Assembly (NCBI RefSeq): GCF_009914755.1
Contig: NC_060931.1
Length of the DNA stretch: 64,000 nucleotides
Source: the human T2T-CHM13v2.0 reference genome, Homo sapiens
Direction: 5' to 3' (one strand)
Under the pieces are notes generated by a model, which worked only from the letters and a program-made list of their open reading frames with translations, did no database searches and was not told the origin of the DNA. How positions within the stretch are numbered: the first letter of the stretch is position 1; each line of letters starts with the position of its first letter. Positions 14,275 through 28,215 of this stretch are shown here, in pieces. The position numbers were made by a program, and so were the translations under genes.

Positions 14275-16639
14275 ATCTTCTATTACAAAATACCTGAAAT
14301 GATAAATCTGAGCGTACAGAATTGAATTTACAGGATAGAAGGGGAAGTTTATAGATGTCACCCATGGAGAAGAAACTGAAAGCCAGAGCAACAAGAGTGC
14401 AAACTCACTTTGCAAGGACACTAGAGGCTCAATTTGGGCAGCTTTGCACATGGCCCAAACGGTAAAAAGGCTTGCCATTTATGGTTTGCTCAGGGATTAT
14501 GGGACGCTAGGCATTGAGACTGTGTGAGAAAAGAAGTTAAAACTGGAAAGTCTGTGCAGAGTCACAAGTCATGAAAGCTGGTACTCTCACTGGGACTAGA
14601 ACTACATACATTCCACAGCAAGAAAGATTTCTCAGCCCAGAGATCTGGTAAGGAAAATCAAAAGTTCATTTAGATAAATTAAAGTCACAAACTTGTGTTT
14701 GTTCTGGTACAGAGTTCAAATTTACCTTATTTTCATACTGTGGAAATCCTGATGAAAAGATTAATAAAAAATTTGATTCAGAGTACACGGTATTCACAGA
14801 GTGCAAGACAGAAATAAAGGCAAATTTGTTCTAGAGGGATAATTTTATGAGCTAAAAACAATGGGCTTTTTATTTTTAAAAATCCCTATAAGCGCGCAAA
14901 ATGGTAAAACAGAAGTAATCTTCCAGGAAATAATAGGACTACCTAAAATAGACAATAAATATAAGTATATTTGAATTATACTTATTTTATATTAAGTAAA
15001 ATTTTAAATATTATAAACCACAAGCAAAGCATAAGGCTATATGAAAAATATAAGATTTGATCAAATGTCATTATTCCTGCCTTATAATTTGGAAATTATA
15101 GTAAACGCCATGTAACAAATATTTTTATGTAAGGACAGACTTTATGTTAATTATAGTTTATGATCTCACTATTGAACTCTACTCTGCCTTAATAATTATA
15201 AACAAATGCAATAAGTAATTTCCCAAATACAGACAATATGGCCTGTCAAGTATCCCTACATAGTGGGAGGCTCTCTACAACTTAGGCAAGATAAATTTGC
15301 TACCATTCAACAGCTTTATTTGAAGGAAAACAAACACTAATCTGAACTACCATATAATACAGGAACCAATGAAAGTAATGGAAAGTAATGATCTCTTTCT
15401 CTCTCTTTTGAAAATGGGTTTAGTTTGCAAGTAACAAGTCAGGGTAGCCATTTGTACAAAGGTTTGCTAAGAAAACCAGAAATGGTACTTGAATTATTAC
15501 TCAAATCCTCCCTTTTAATTCGGTTGTACTTTTTGGAAATTAGTTTGAAAGACTGGAATATATCCCTTAACTGGCATAATGGGATTCAAAAATCATTCCT
15601 TTATTATGTTTTTCTCCTTAGTTTATGGGATCAATTTTCCATATGGCATTTGTAGTACTTACAGGAAAGTTTGTATTTTGGCTTTCTCCCTGGTAAAACA
15701 CATGTTCTTGAGTTCTTGGAATCTGATTGAACATCCTCTGTCTCAGAGGATGCCCAAAGGCTATTTTTATGCTATCTCTGGGGTTTATACATACACAGCC
15801 TCCAGCCACAGGCTGGACTTTAATTACTTTAACTTAGGAGGGCTTTCCAGCTGAGGAATTCTGGGTGGGCATGGACATAATTTCCCTTTGTCTCTTTTTC
15901 CCCCTCATACAGACTCTTCTTTTTAAACAAAATAAAAAAGTAATAATAATGCTTCCCACCCTTGCTTTCATCCTGGCTTCTAAGATTTGCTGCATTAGAA
16001 AAACACGAGTAAAGTAGTAAGGATTAAACAACATCATTAAAAATCTAAGCAAATTCATATTCAGGTTCAAACAAATAACAAAAATAAATCTAACATCCTT
16101 CTGGCTTTATTTCTGCATTTTCTTGTTTGGGCCAAAGAAGAAAAGAGAAAACTGAGAAAGAAAACTTGCATGTGTATATGTATCCAATGTTGTTGTCATC
16201 CTAATGTTCAGAATCTCATGAGAAATCTGTTTCCCTTGCAAGTGCAGTTTTCTGTCTGACACACAGCACTAATATATTAAGATGGTATGAATGTTGACAG
16301 AAAGCAAAATGGCACTGAAGCCAACACAAAAGTCTCTGCTAAATCATAATCTGGAATTTCCTTTGTTATGGTCTGGCAAATTTCCCACTATCAAACTGGA
16401 GTAAAAATATAATACTACTGGGGATTAACCAGTATTAATTTGTTCAAATCTTTTCCATGCCCCTTAAGTTTCCAATACTATTTATTTATATTCAGCACAT
16501 GGCCTTGTCTACTTTAATGAATTAATACAGGGCATTCCAGATTAAATCCCCTAATTTTTATCCCCTAACATAAAATTTCAATGACCGTTTGTCCATTTAA
16601 AAAAAAATACCATGTATCTATCATACTTTACCTTTTACA

Positions 16640-17000
16640 GGCACAATTTATCAAGTAAGCCTCATAATCGCTCTAGGAGTTAGATGAGAAACAAAACATT
16701 GTTCCTATCTGATGAGTAAGAGAACAGAGACTCTGAGTAGTAAATGGCTTGGCTAAGTCACCAGCCTGGTGAATGAGCAAACAGGTGCCAGCCACAGGCT
16801 TCTGCCTACCAGCCTACACATTCTTGAGTCAGAATTTGGGGTTCAAATTTTGTCTCCATGGCAGTTCCTAGACAAGGAACCTCACAGTTACTTTCTTGTA
16901 AAATAGAAATGAAACCTTTTTATCGTTTATATTTTTGTAAGAATTAAAGGATATGTTCTATACAAAGTATTTAGAACAGCAACTATATGGTATGTTGTTA
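16640..17000. mobile_element. Two adjacent MIR fragments in opposite orientation
   Basis: MIR core-like text on each strand (cagagactctgagtagtaaatggcttggctaagtcacc; ttggggttcaaatt...tgtaaaatagaaatg). Confidence 0.55.
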
Positions 17001-17652
17001 ATAAATATAATTGTTTTTATTTTTTCCTAAGAAATAATTTTTTCATCGCTTTGTAACCTTAGTACCCCTACTTATATTCTTTTTCTCATTATAGTCTATA
17101 AATATCCTTCCTCCTTTAAATATTGTAACTTACTCTCTACCTCAGATCTTTTCTGTCTACCAACATTTTCAGGATTCTTTATTATACATGCAAAAATGAA
17201 CATTGTTACTCTAAGTATCATCTTTTTTTTTATCCTCTACTGACTCAATTTTTTTCTCTCAAAGAACCATGCATGAATCATGTAACTTTCCAGCTGGAAA
17301 TGACCTTCCAAGTCATCATCTTTGTTTCACTGATTAGGCACATAGACCACAGAGAAGTTACCTCTTTGTGCAAGAAAAAAGGCACCACCTAAAAAGTAGA
17401 ATGAAGCCTTGAAACCTAGTCAGGTCTCCTGATGGGAGGGAACAGTGTACTCTTTCACACTCCCACACTCGTTCTGCCTCCACTTATACACTCAATTATC
17501 CATCAATTTTTGCCTTTTGGATTTTAGCTCCACTACTCTTCTAAAAAAATAGTAACTTTTGGCTCACTCTCTTCAGAATATAAAACCCTTGACTTCCTTT
17601 TACACCTCCAGTTTGCAATAGAATGCACAAAGTTGAATTTACATTTTAGTTC

Positions 17653-18414
17653 TGATATGCACAGGAGGCAAGAGGGCGGGGTCCCTGGTGAGGGCTCCAC
17701 CCTCAAGCCTGGAAACCCACGGCCCTAAATAAGAACAGGCATTCCTGTTTTCATGTCCAAATGTTGCCTTTTCCAAGACCACTCTGGCCCACCACACCCC
17801 TATCCTGTACCCATATAAACCCCAAGCTCCACTGGCAGAGCAGCAGAGCGGCACAGCAGAGAAGGAGAGAAAAAACAAAGAGCTGAACGTGGAGAGGCGA
17901 AGAGGCAACTGAATGTCAGAGACTGTGGATAGACGTGGCTTAACTTCAGACAACACGATTTTGGAGAGAAGCCCGGCCGGAGGCAACCAGGCTTCAGGAA
18001 AAGATTATCTTCCCACTCCGTCCCCTTTCCTGCTCCCCATCCCACTGAGAGCCACCTCCATCACTCAATAAAACCTCAGCATTCACTTTCCTTCAAGTCT
18101 GAGTGACCTGATTCTTCCTGGATCCTGGACAAGGACCCAGGTAACAAGAGGGTAGGGTGAAAAAGGCTGTCACCCTGACTCTCCACTGAGCTGGTTAACA
18201 CTTAGCTGCCCATGGATGGCAACTGCTAAAAGAGCACTGTATCACCCCTAGACACTGCCATGGGGCCGGAGCCCAAAGTGCTTGCCCTGGCTCCAGCACC
18301 TGCTCACCTGTGTGCTCTCCCTCCCATAAGGGGTTTGAGTTAGAAGCAGCCGAGCAAATGAGCCACACCCCTGTCACAAGTCTCTCTAAGGGGTTAGGGA
18401 ACTCTCCCATTTCA
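17653..18414 (+). mobile_element. LTR1-family (ERV1/HUERS-P-type) solo LTR, 762 bp
   Basis: TG...CA termini (tgatatgcacaggaggc...ctcccatttca), internal AATAAA, perfect 4-bp TSD gttc. Confidence 0.85.
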
Positions 18415-18670
18415 GTTCTTCTGTTAAAATGTACCAAATTTTTAATTCTTATATTACCTACTAGAAATGCTCTACCAAACTCTAATTTCACCCTCTTTTC
18501 TCAAATGCACTTCCACCTTTGGTGACTGAGTTCTCTCATTTGGCTTCAATCATAACATCACTGTAAAATCATTTTATAAAACTGATTAATCAATTTAATG
18601 TATATTTTTTGAACTCCAACTATGAGACAGGCCCTATGCCACAATAGAAACTTTACAGGCTAGTGGGATT

Positions 18671-18874
18671 CACTGGTGTGCTGGTACTTAACAACTGACT
18701 CAACCCCTTCTCCAAAGAAAAAGAAGTCTGTAATCCATAGAGTTTGCCAAATTCCATGATGTAAATATTTTAAAAATGTTTAAGCTACCAAGGTGTTACT
18801 AAATGAAATGTTGGGAAGAGACACTAATAACAAACATTTGCAATCCAGTATGAGCTCTTTCTAACATGCCAGTG
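18671..18874. mobile_element. MER63-like hAT non-autonomous DNA transposon
   Basis: Imperfect TIRs cactggtgtgctgg ... ctaacatgccagtg, about 200 bp. Confidence 0.6.
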
Positions 18875-21100
18875 AACTTGTGAATATTCAATGGAAAAAT
18901 CCAAGTAAACATATATTTATAAACTTCATAAATGCTGAGTCTAACTTGGACTTCTTTCACAAGTATTTGCAAAGAACCTAGGTTAATTTTCCATTACAGA
19001 CCCCCAAATCCTCACAATATTCATCATACATTTCTTTTTCCCTTTGCAGAAAAAAACGCACTAAAAGTGTTACTACAGATATTACTGAAAAGGAGCCATT
19101 CTTTGATCTGTGTGCACCTTTTAAAAAAATTATTAAACTTCATTTGTTAGAGCAGTTTTGGGTTCATTGAGCAGAAAGTAGAGAGTTACCATATACTTCC
19201 TCTTCCCATACATGCACAACCTCCCCACTATGGATATACTGCACCACAATGGGACATTTGTTGTAATCAATGAACTACATTGACACATCATTACCAACTA
19301 AAGTTTATAATTTACATTAGGGTTTACTCTTGGTGTTGTATGTTGTATGGTTTGGGGCAAAAATATGACATGTATCCACCATTGTAGTATCATACAAAAT
19401 CCACTGCCTAAAAATCCTGTGTTCTCCCAAGCTAAATCATTCCTTCTTCTCCCAAACCCCAGAAACCACTGATATTTTTACTATATTTATAGTTTTGAAT
19501 TTTTCAGAACATTATATAATTGGAATCATATAGTGTGTGGCCTTTTCAGACAGGCTCTTTTCACTTAATAATATGCTTTTATGTTTCCTCCTTATCTTTT
19601 CATGGCTTGACAACTAATTTCTTTTCAGTACTGAATAAAATTCCAATGTCTAGATGTACCACAGTATATTTATATATTCACCTACTGAAGGCCATTTTGG
19701 CTGCTTCCTCATGTTGGCAGTTATGAATAAAGCAACAGCAAATATTTGTATACAGGTGTTGTATTGACATACGTTTTTAAGTCATTTGGATAAAATACCA
19801 AGGAGCACGATTGCCAGATCATACAGTAAGAGTATGTAAGAAACTACTGCACTCTTCCAAAGTGGCTGCATTGTTTTGCATTCCCAGAGCAATGAATAAG
19901 GGTTCCTGCTGCTCCACATACTCACCAGCATTTGGTGTTGTCAGTGTATTAGAATACTTTTCATCATTCTAATAGGTTTGTCATGATATTTTATTACTGC
20001 TTCAATTTGTAATTCCCTAAAGATACATGATATTGAACATCTTTGCATATGGTTACTTGCCATCTATCTATCTTCTTTGGTGAATTACCTGCTCAGTCCT
20101 TTCCTCATTTTTTATTCTGGTTGCTTGTTTTCTTATTGTTGATTTTTAAAAGTTCTTTATATATTTTGAATAACAGTCTTTTGTCAGGCATGTCTTTTAC
20201 AAATACTTTCTCTCACTGTGAGTTTTCTTCACTTACTTTTGATATTGTAATTCATAGTAAAGGGAAATTTGATCTTAATGAAGTCCAGATGATCAATTCT
20301 TTATCTTCATGTATCATTCCTTTCATGTTGTATAATATCTAAAAAGTCAGTCCCATCCCAAAGTCCTCTAGGTTTACTTCTATGTTATCTTCTAGGAGTT
20401 TTACAGTTTTGCATTATATATTTAGAGGTATGATCCATCCTTAATTTTTTGAGGAAAGGCATAAGGTCATTGTCTCGGTTCATTCCTTTGCATGTGAATT
20501 TCTGGTTGTTTCAGCATCATTTGTTAAAAAGGCTATCTTTGTATTGCTTTTGTCAAACGTCAGTTGACTATATTATGTGGGTCTATTTCTCGACTGTCTA
20601 TTCTGTTCTGTTATTCTGTCGTATATTCTTTCACCAGTACCACACTGTCTTGATTACTGTAGATTTATAGTAAATTTTGAAGTCCCATGGTAGTATCAAT
20701 CTTCTTTCTTCTCCAGTAGTGTGTTGAAAATTCTGGGCCTTTTTCCTCTCCAAATAAACTTTAGAATCAGTTTGTCAATATTCACAAGATAAATTGCTGG
20801 GCTTTTGACTGAGATAGCATTGAATCTATAGATCAAGTTGAGAAGAACTGGCATCTTAAAAATTTTGAGTCTTCTATCAATGAACATGGAACAACTCTCC
20901 ATGTAGTTTTTCTTCAATTTTTTTAGAGTCAGTTTTGTAGTTTTCCTCATATACATCTTATACATATTTTGTTAGATTTATACCTAAGTATTTCATTTTT
21001 AAGGGTGCTAATGTAAATGGTATTGTAGTTTTAATGTCAATTTCTACCTGTTTGCTGCTGATATATAAAAGAAAGCAATTGACTTTAATATATTAAACTA

Positions 21101-21408
21101 GGCTTGGCGCGGTGACTCACACCTGTAATCCCAGCACTTTGGGAGGCTGAGGTGGCCGGATCACGAGGTCAGGAGATCAAGACCATCCTGGCTAACACAG
21201 TGAAATCCCGTCTCTACTAAAAATACAAAAAAAAATTAGCCGGGCGTGGCGGCGGGTGCTCGTAGTCCCAGCTACTTGGGAGGCTGAGACAGGAGAATGG
21301 TGTGAACCCGGGAGGCAGAGCTTGCAGTGAGCCGAGATGCACTTCAGGGTGGGCCACAGAGCGAGACTCCATCTCCACATAAATAAATAAATAAATAAAT
21401 AAATAAAT
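21101..21408 (+). mobile_element. AluY
   Basis: Y-type diagnostics (ggctaacac, gaatggtgtgaacccgggaggcagagcttgca); (TAAA)n tail. Confidence 0.93.
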
Positions 21409-21410
21409 GA

Positions 21411-21520
21411 CATATATATATGTATATGTATATATATGTGTATATATATATGTATATGTATATATATGTGTATATATATATGTATATGTATATATATGTG
21501 TGTATATATATATATATATA
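21411..21520. repeat. TA/TG-rich minisatellite, 30-bp unit x3 (21421..21510)
   Basis: tgtatatgtatatatatgtgtatatatata repeated three times (third copy has one difference). Confidence 0.9.
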
Positions 21521-23427
21521 AAACTAGTATCCTGCAATCTTGCTATAATGGTTTATTAGTTCCAGAAGTTTTTTGTCTATTCTTTTGGGTTTTTTTACAT
21601 AGAAAAATATGTCATCTGCAAACAAAGACAGTTTTATTTCTTATTTCCCAATCAGTATACTTTTTAATTCCCTTTCTTGTCCTGTTGCCTTATCAATGAT
21701 GTTGAAAGCAGTAGTATAAGAAGAAATCCTTGCTTTATTCCTGATCTTACCAGGAAATCCTAGTTTTCCACCATTAAATATGATGTTATTTGTAGTTTTC
21801 TGTAGATTTTAAAAATCAATTCAAAGAAGCACTCCTCTATTCTTGGTTTGCTTAGAGATTTTTATCATGAATTAGGGTGGATTTTATCAAATGCTTTTAC
21901 TGCATCTATTGATGTGCTCCTGGTATTTTTCTACTTCAGCCTGGGGATTTGATGGATTACATTCATTGATTTATATATTTTGAACCAGCCTTGTATACTT
22001 TGGATAAACACCAGATCATGACATATAATTATTTCTATAGATTTTTGGATTTGATTTGCAAATATTTTATTGAGGATATCTGCATCTACTTTCATAAGAA
22101 ATATTGGTCTGTAGTTTTCTGAATAGTGTCTTAGTCTAGTTTTGATATTAGACTAATTCTGGCCGCATGACACCTCTTTAAAATAAATAGATAAATTGTA
22201 CCTTTTCACAAACAGAACACAAAATTCTTACAAAGTACTTCTGACAGCTTTGTCCAGAAACGGAACCAGCTTGCACTGTTTGTAGTTAAAAACAAGAGAG
22301 GTGCCTGCATATTAACATGACTCAAAATAAGCAATACGTTTATGGTTCTATGAAATTACTGCCAATTATTTTTGCCCCAGTGAGGTTACAGCAAGGGTCA
22401 GAAAACTTCTGTTTACAAGGAGGCATATGGTTGTGGGTATAATACTTTGGGACAATAGTATCTTCAAAATTTGACAAAAATTTGTTCTTATAAAAGAAAA
22501 AAACTTTGTCATTTATTTTATCAGTAGGTAGATTCTAAATGCTTCATAATATTGTTTTGGGTAGAAAACAAAGAAATGCAAAGCAATCATTTGTCTGTTG
22601 TCTTTTTTCTTTTCTCCTTTTTTGGGGGGAGAATTAAAATTTGCAGTCTTAAAAGTAAGACCAGTTTCCTTACTTTAAAAGATCTTAATGTTAGTCCGGT
22701 ATTAACAAGACATTCATCCTGATTTTGATACCTAATTTATAAAGATCCAACCTATTTCTATTTCCTTTTATCTATCTTCAAATTGGTTCCCTTTCACTAC
22801 TTGAAGCCTGAATCATAATTTCACCTAGGTCCTATTCTATACTTGCATAATCAAGTTCAAAACCTCATATTGATTTTAACTGTTCTTACTCTTTTTTTTT
22901 AATCTCAGGATTCATTTAGTTACAAGTTTCACAAACCTGGCCTCTTTAAAATAAATTTTTTCTATCCTCCAGAGCATTTTGCTTGTGACTCCTTTTTGGC
23001 CCATTTGCTTTGTACTATAGTTATGTGTAAGTGAATACTAACTTCTCCGATAGACTGTACCTTGAGAGCATATAATTTGGGGATGTTATGTCTATTAAGT
23101 TCTAGCCACTGTATTTTTCCTCTTTAAATTTGTTGAACTAAAATATGACATATAAAATAGATACATGTTGTTTTGAAAGTAAATAATTTTTTTGTCTTGA
23201 AAAAGACCAATTGAGTGTTAATGTGAATGTAAAAAAATATAAAACAATTAGAAAAGTCAAGTAGATATTGATGGTCTTAATAAGATAAAAAAAGAGGAAT
23301 CAGGACGTGTCAACCAAAACATTTTGTTTTAGTTCAAATAATTTCAGCAGTAATATCCCTAAAACTAATCCCTAAAGCTGCCATCCAGAACACTGCAACA
23401 GATAATTTTTCCAAAATGTTTTATCTG

Positions 23428-23730
23428 GGCTGGGCGCAGTTGCTCACGCCTGTAATCCCAGCACTTTGGGAGGCTGAGGTGGGCAGATCACAAAGTCAGG
23501 AGTTTGAGACCAGCCTGGCCAACACAGTGAAACCCCATCTCTACTAAAAATACAAAAATTAGCTGAGCATGGTGGCAGGCGCCTGTAATCTCAGCTACTC
23601 AGGAGGCTAAGGCAGGAGAATTGCTTGTACCTGGGAGGCAGATGTTGCAGTGAACCAAGATCACATTATTGCACTACAGCCTGGGCAACAAAAGCAAAAC
23701 TCCATCTCATTCAATCAATCAATCAATCAA
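23428..23730 (+). mobile_element. AluS with (TCAA)n tail
   Basis: Full dimer; TSD aatgtttta(t/c)ctg. Confidence 0.95.
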
Positions 23731-24329
23731 TGTTTTACCTGTCAAAATGTATGCGTAAGTGGTTAGACCGCTCATTAGTACTTAGATAATCTAAGCCATG
23801 TTGTTATACTCACAGTTCCCGATCTTATTTTTCATCTCAATTATCTAATTTTTGTACATTATTTCTCAATGCATGTTGTAAGGAGCATTGCTTTCCCAAG
23901 ATATGCCATAAAAGTTATTCTATGGGCAATGAGTTTGGAAACTATTATAAACTATTACTCCCAATCTTCTCAGAGAAATTCATAGGGCATAAGTATTAAA
24001 CACCCTGAGAATTTGATCAGAGGATTTAAAAAATTGAAATTATTGATCTCATACTTTCCTATATATATCTACATTTATCTATCTATCTACCTACCTACTT
24101 AACCTATCTACCTACCTACCTGTCTGTCTGTCTACATTATAATCTAGTTCTACTTTGATTAATGTTACTGAATTCTGGCCAGGTTTCCCAAATAACCTTT
24201 ACAAAAAAGTATGCTTATCATATTAAGTAGGTAAATGCACATGACAGTGTAAAAATTAGAGAGAATTTCAGTCTCTCTATGAAACCATTCAAAGTCGAGT
24301 AAAACTCAAGTAGTGATTGTAACAGCTAA

Positions 24330-24565
24330 AACAATAATAAATACTAAAATGTATTCACTATGTCCCTGGCACTGTGAGGGATTCACATTTTTATTTAATC
24401 ATCTGCCAAACCCTTTGAGTAAGTATTCTTAGCAGATGTCACTTGTGAGTAAACTGAGGCCCACAGAGTTAAGTAACTTTCTTAAGTTATTCAGTCCATA
24501 AGGAAAAAATGGGAATGTCTGCCAGGTTTACCTAATGCCAGAATCCATGCTTCTAACCATTATTT
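24330..24565 (-). mobile_element. MIR
   Basis: aaactgaggcccacagagttaagtaactttcttaag MIR core. Confidence 0.75.
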
Positions 24566-24612
24566 TAAACTTGCTTTCCAAAATAGAAATTGACTAAGAT
24601 GACATATGTGAT

Positions 24613-25092
24613 TGCTATGATTTGAATTGAGCCCTTCAAAAATATATGTTCGAGTTTTATCTCCTGATACCTATGAGTTTAATATTTTTTAGAAATATAT
24701 TCTTTGTGTATGTAATCAAGTTAAGATGAATCATGTTAGAGTAGTGTGTACTCTTAACCCAAAATAATATCCTTATAAGAAGGGGAGAATCAACACAGAC
24801 AGAGACACACAGGGAGGGCATCATATGACAACAAAGGCAGAGATGACAAAAAAGACAGAGATGGGAGTAATGTGTCTGCAAACTAAGGAATGCCAAGGCC
24901 TTCTAGCAACAGCAGATGCTAAGAGAGAGGCATGGAAGAGATTATTCCCTAGCGTGTTCAGAGAGAACATGGCTCTGCTGACACCTTGATTTTAGACTTC
25001 TAGCCTGCAGAACTGGAAGGGAATACATTTCTGCTGTTGTAAGCCACCCCCAGTTTGTGTTACTTTGTTACAGCAGCCCTAGAAAACAAACA
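24613..25092 (+). mobile_element. MLT1C-like MaLR LTR
   Basis: tgctatgatttgaattg...ccttgattttagacttctagcctgcagaactg...tttgttacagcagccctagaaaac. Confidence 0.85.
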
Positions 25093-26183
25093 AAAATAAT
25101 CAAATACACTCAGTATTTAAAGCTAATAGGATGCACATATTTCTCATATTTTCAGAAATGTTTACAGATCATTAGGAAAGTATTGTTATAGAATATAAAT
25201 CCCATCCCCAAGATTATAATGCCACGAAAATAATTAAAATTATTTTAAGTTCATGCATCTGAAATAATAATAATAATAGTATGTGAATTATCATTTAGGA
25301 AATAAATATACATGCTTTTATTTAAAGATGTGTTATATATGCTTACTTTTTATTAATTTTGCTAAAATTTAAATTAAATAAAAGATTCTGTATTTCTGGT
25401 TAATAATGTATTATGGGGAATAAGTCCTGTGATTTATTTTTCCCCCACTTAACAATGGAATAATTTACAGAAGAATTTGAAATTTTCAAGACAGGAAATG
25501 CCATTTTATGTCCATTTTTGTCTCTTGGTTTTGTTTAATTATCAAATCTCTCTCTCTCTCTGTAGATACATATATGTATATTATATATATAAATATGCAC
25601 ACGTGCAGATAAACACATATATCTATATGTGAGTATATATTTGTGTGTTTTTTCCAAGAAATACACTGGTTTCTTGTAATGATATATAATACCCTCATAT
25701 AACATTGAGTCATTAGCCCCAGGTCAATTGTATTCCAGTAAAAATAAAAGATGAGGCCAAATCAGAGACAATGTTCATCTCAAGTAGTTGATTTAATAAA
25801 TCACTTAATACTGGAATAAAAATGCCAATACAGATAAATTTCAGATTGCACAGATATTTCAATATCATTTTCTGTGATTTTCAAAACACAATATTATCTT
25901 TTATTATTGTGGAAGCTGAAATAAATATTTGTTAAAATAAGTAAATATTAAACTTTACCAAGAAACCTCTGGGTTTCCTTATATTTTATCATTTACCAGT
26001 ACTGCAAAAAATATCAAAGAATTAGAAAAGCACATAGTTTCAAAGAATATTAGCTGGTAAAATTGAAACCTATAATTTTTCCCCAAACCAGTTGCTTATA
26101 TAAATTTTTACATAATCTTATAACCTAAATAAAACCATGAGAGCATAAAAGAAGTGTCTTGATACTAGAAAAAGATTGCTGTT

Positions 26184-26647
<464 letters not shown>

Positions 26648-27201
26648 TCACTTAACTTGGAACAAGGTTAATTCTTCCCTATCGCAATAAAACATGTTAA
26701 GAAGCTCACCTTGGAAGAGTTTTCTCAAGGAGTGACTTAGAGATCCAAGTTCCTTTCATCTCATAATGTTTCTGTCTTTAAAAGACGACCTAAAATCACC
26801 TTGCAAAGGCAAAGTGGACTTTACACTTGGGTTTTTATTGCAGGCTTGGGAAGGGGCATCTGCTATATCTGAGTCATGTGGCCCCAATCTCACTGAAAAG
26901 AAGTCAGAAAATGTAGTATCCCTCTGTACCCATAAAATAAAACAGGATCTGGTAAGCACAAAATAATTTCTCTGTCATTACTTCAACTACATGACTGCAA
27001 AGCTGCACGTTTGAGAAAACATCGATAGTCACATTGCTTTTGAATATCAGTGAGGCAAGTCTAAGTTTCTTTTGTGTAAAATGATAGAGAAATATAAGTT
27101 TCTCCTAGGTTTTCTCCAGCTCTAGAATTCTCATACTTACTGACAATAAGCACTTAGGCCACAATGCATTTTTTTCTACTCAGAGTTCCTAAGAAATTTA
27201 C

Positions 27202-27264
27202 AGATAGATAGATAGATAGATCAATAGATAGATAGATAGATAGATGTGTAGATAGATAGATTGA
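27202..27264. repeat. (GATA)n tetranucleotide microsatellite, interrupted
   Basis: agatagatagat... with tcaa and gtgt interruptions. Confidence 0.9.
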
Positions 27265-27964
27265 TTTACAGACAGTAATTATGTACTTATTTACTGAATA
27301 TATACATATATATACATGAAAGAAATTCTATGCTTATTACATAGAGATAAAAGATAACAAGAAAGAATCCTGCCTTCAAGGGCTTAACTACCTCATAAGA
27401 TAAAGAGTGTTTATTATTATATAAGCCAGAAAGATTTCTGTGACAAAATATAGATGTAAAAAAATCACTGGGACACTGAAAAAGAACAATTAATTTCCAA
27501 TTTAAATTTCTACTAGAACTGTGATGGGTTTTTTCCTTCTTCTTCTTTTGTTTCCTTCAGCTTGCATTTTTCAAAATTTTTTTCTCAAAGTGTGATCTCA
27601 CATCTTATAAATAAAATCTGTAGTAGGTTAGTTCTTTATGCTATATTTTTAAAATTTTTAAGTTATGCCATATTTAGTGCATGCAAGAAATTGATTTACA
27701 GTTTCAGTTTTATATTAACATAAACAAGTTACGAAACATTATGCTTTTTAAAAATATCCAAGCTTAGTGATTTTTATGCTGAGGCTTTTATTCCATAATC
27801 TGCAAAAAATTAGAATATTTTTGAAGTGTTTATCAGTCACACTTAAGTGGTTTCTAGTTTTTGTTTTGATGAGGCAATGACGAAAATCCAATCTTAACTA
27901 TGTACAAGCAAAAGAACAACAATTTTCATCACTTTCTTCTCCAGCTATGGAAATGTTTCTAGTT

Positions 27965-28215
27965 TATTCATTTATGGAACACTTGTATAGTGCTTATTAC
28001 TATGAGCCACTCAGTACTTTACAAATATTTGCTTTTAAAAACCTCATGTCTACCTTCAGGGGTAGGCACTACTATTATCACCATTTTACAATGAGGAATC
28101 AAGTTAAGAAAGGTTCAATAACTTGCCCAGCTTCACAAAAAACCTTAAGTGGTGAACCTGGGATTCTTAGCCAAGCATTCTGGCTGAAGAATCTCTGCTC
28201 TAAACATCATGCAGT
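27965..28215 (-). mobile_element. MIR
   Basis: ccattttacaatgaggaatcaag...aataacttgcccagcttcac MIR core. Confidence 0.75.

Larger units (their letters stand above)
19118..22170 (-). mobile_element. L1MC-type element (3' UTR and ORF2 part), interrupted by AluY
   Basis: ORF 20696..20965 resembles L1 ORF2 (KMPVLLNLIYRFNAISVK...DKLILKFIWRGKRPRI). Confidence 0.88.

Noticed and set aside
15618-15809. Minus-strand ORF with gtaagt donor as a cytoplasmic-tail exon
   Set aside because: No recognisable homology and no supporting transmembrane exon.
22260-22440. AP-1 (22318..22324) and forkhead (22410..22416) motifs as an enhancer
   Set aside because: Such 7-mers are expected several times by chance in 64 kb; no independent support.
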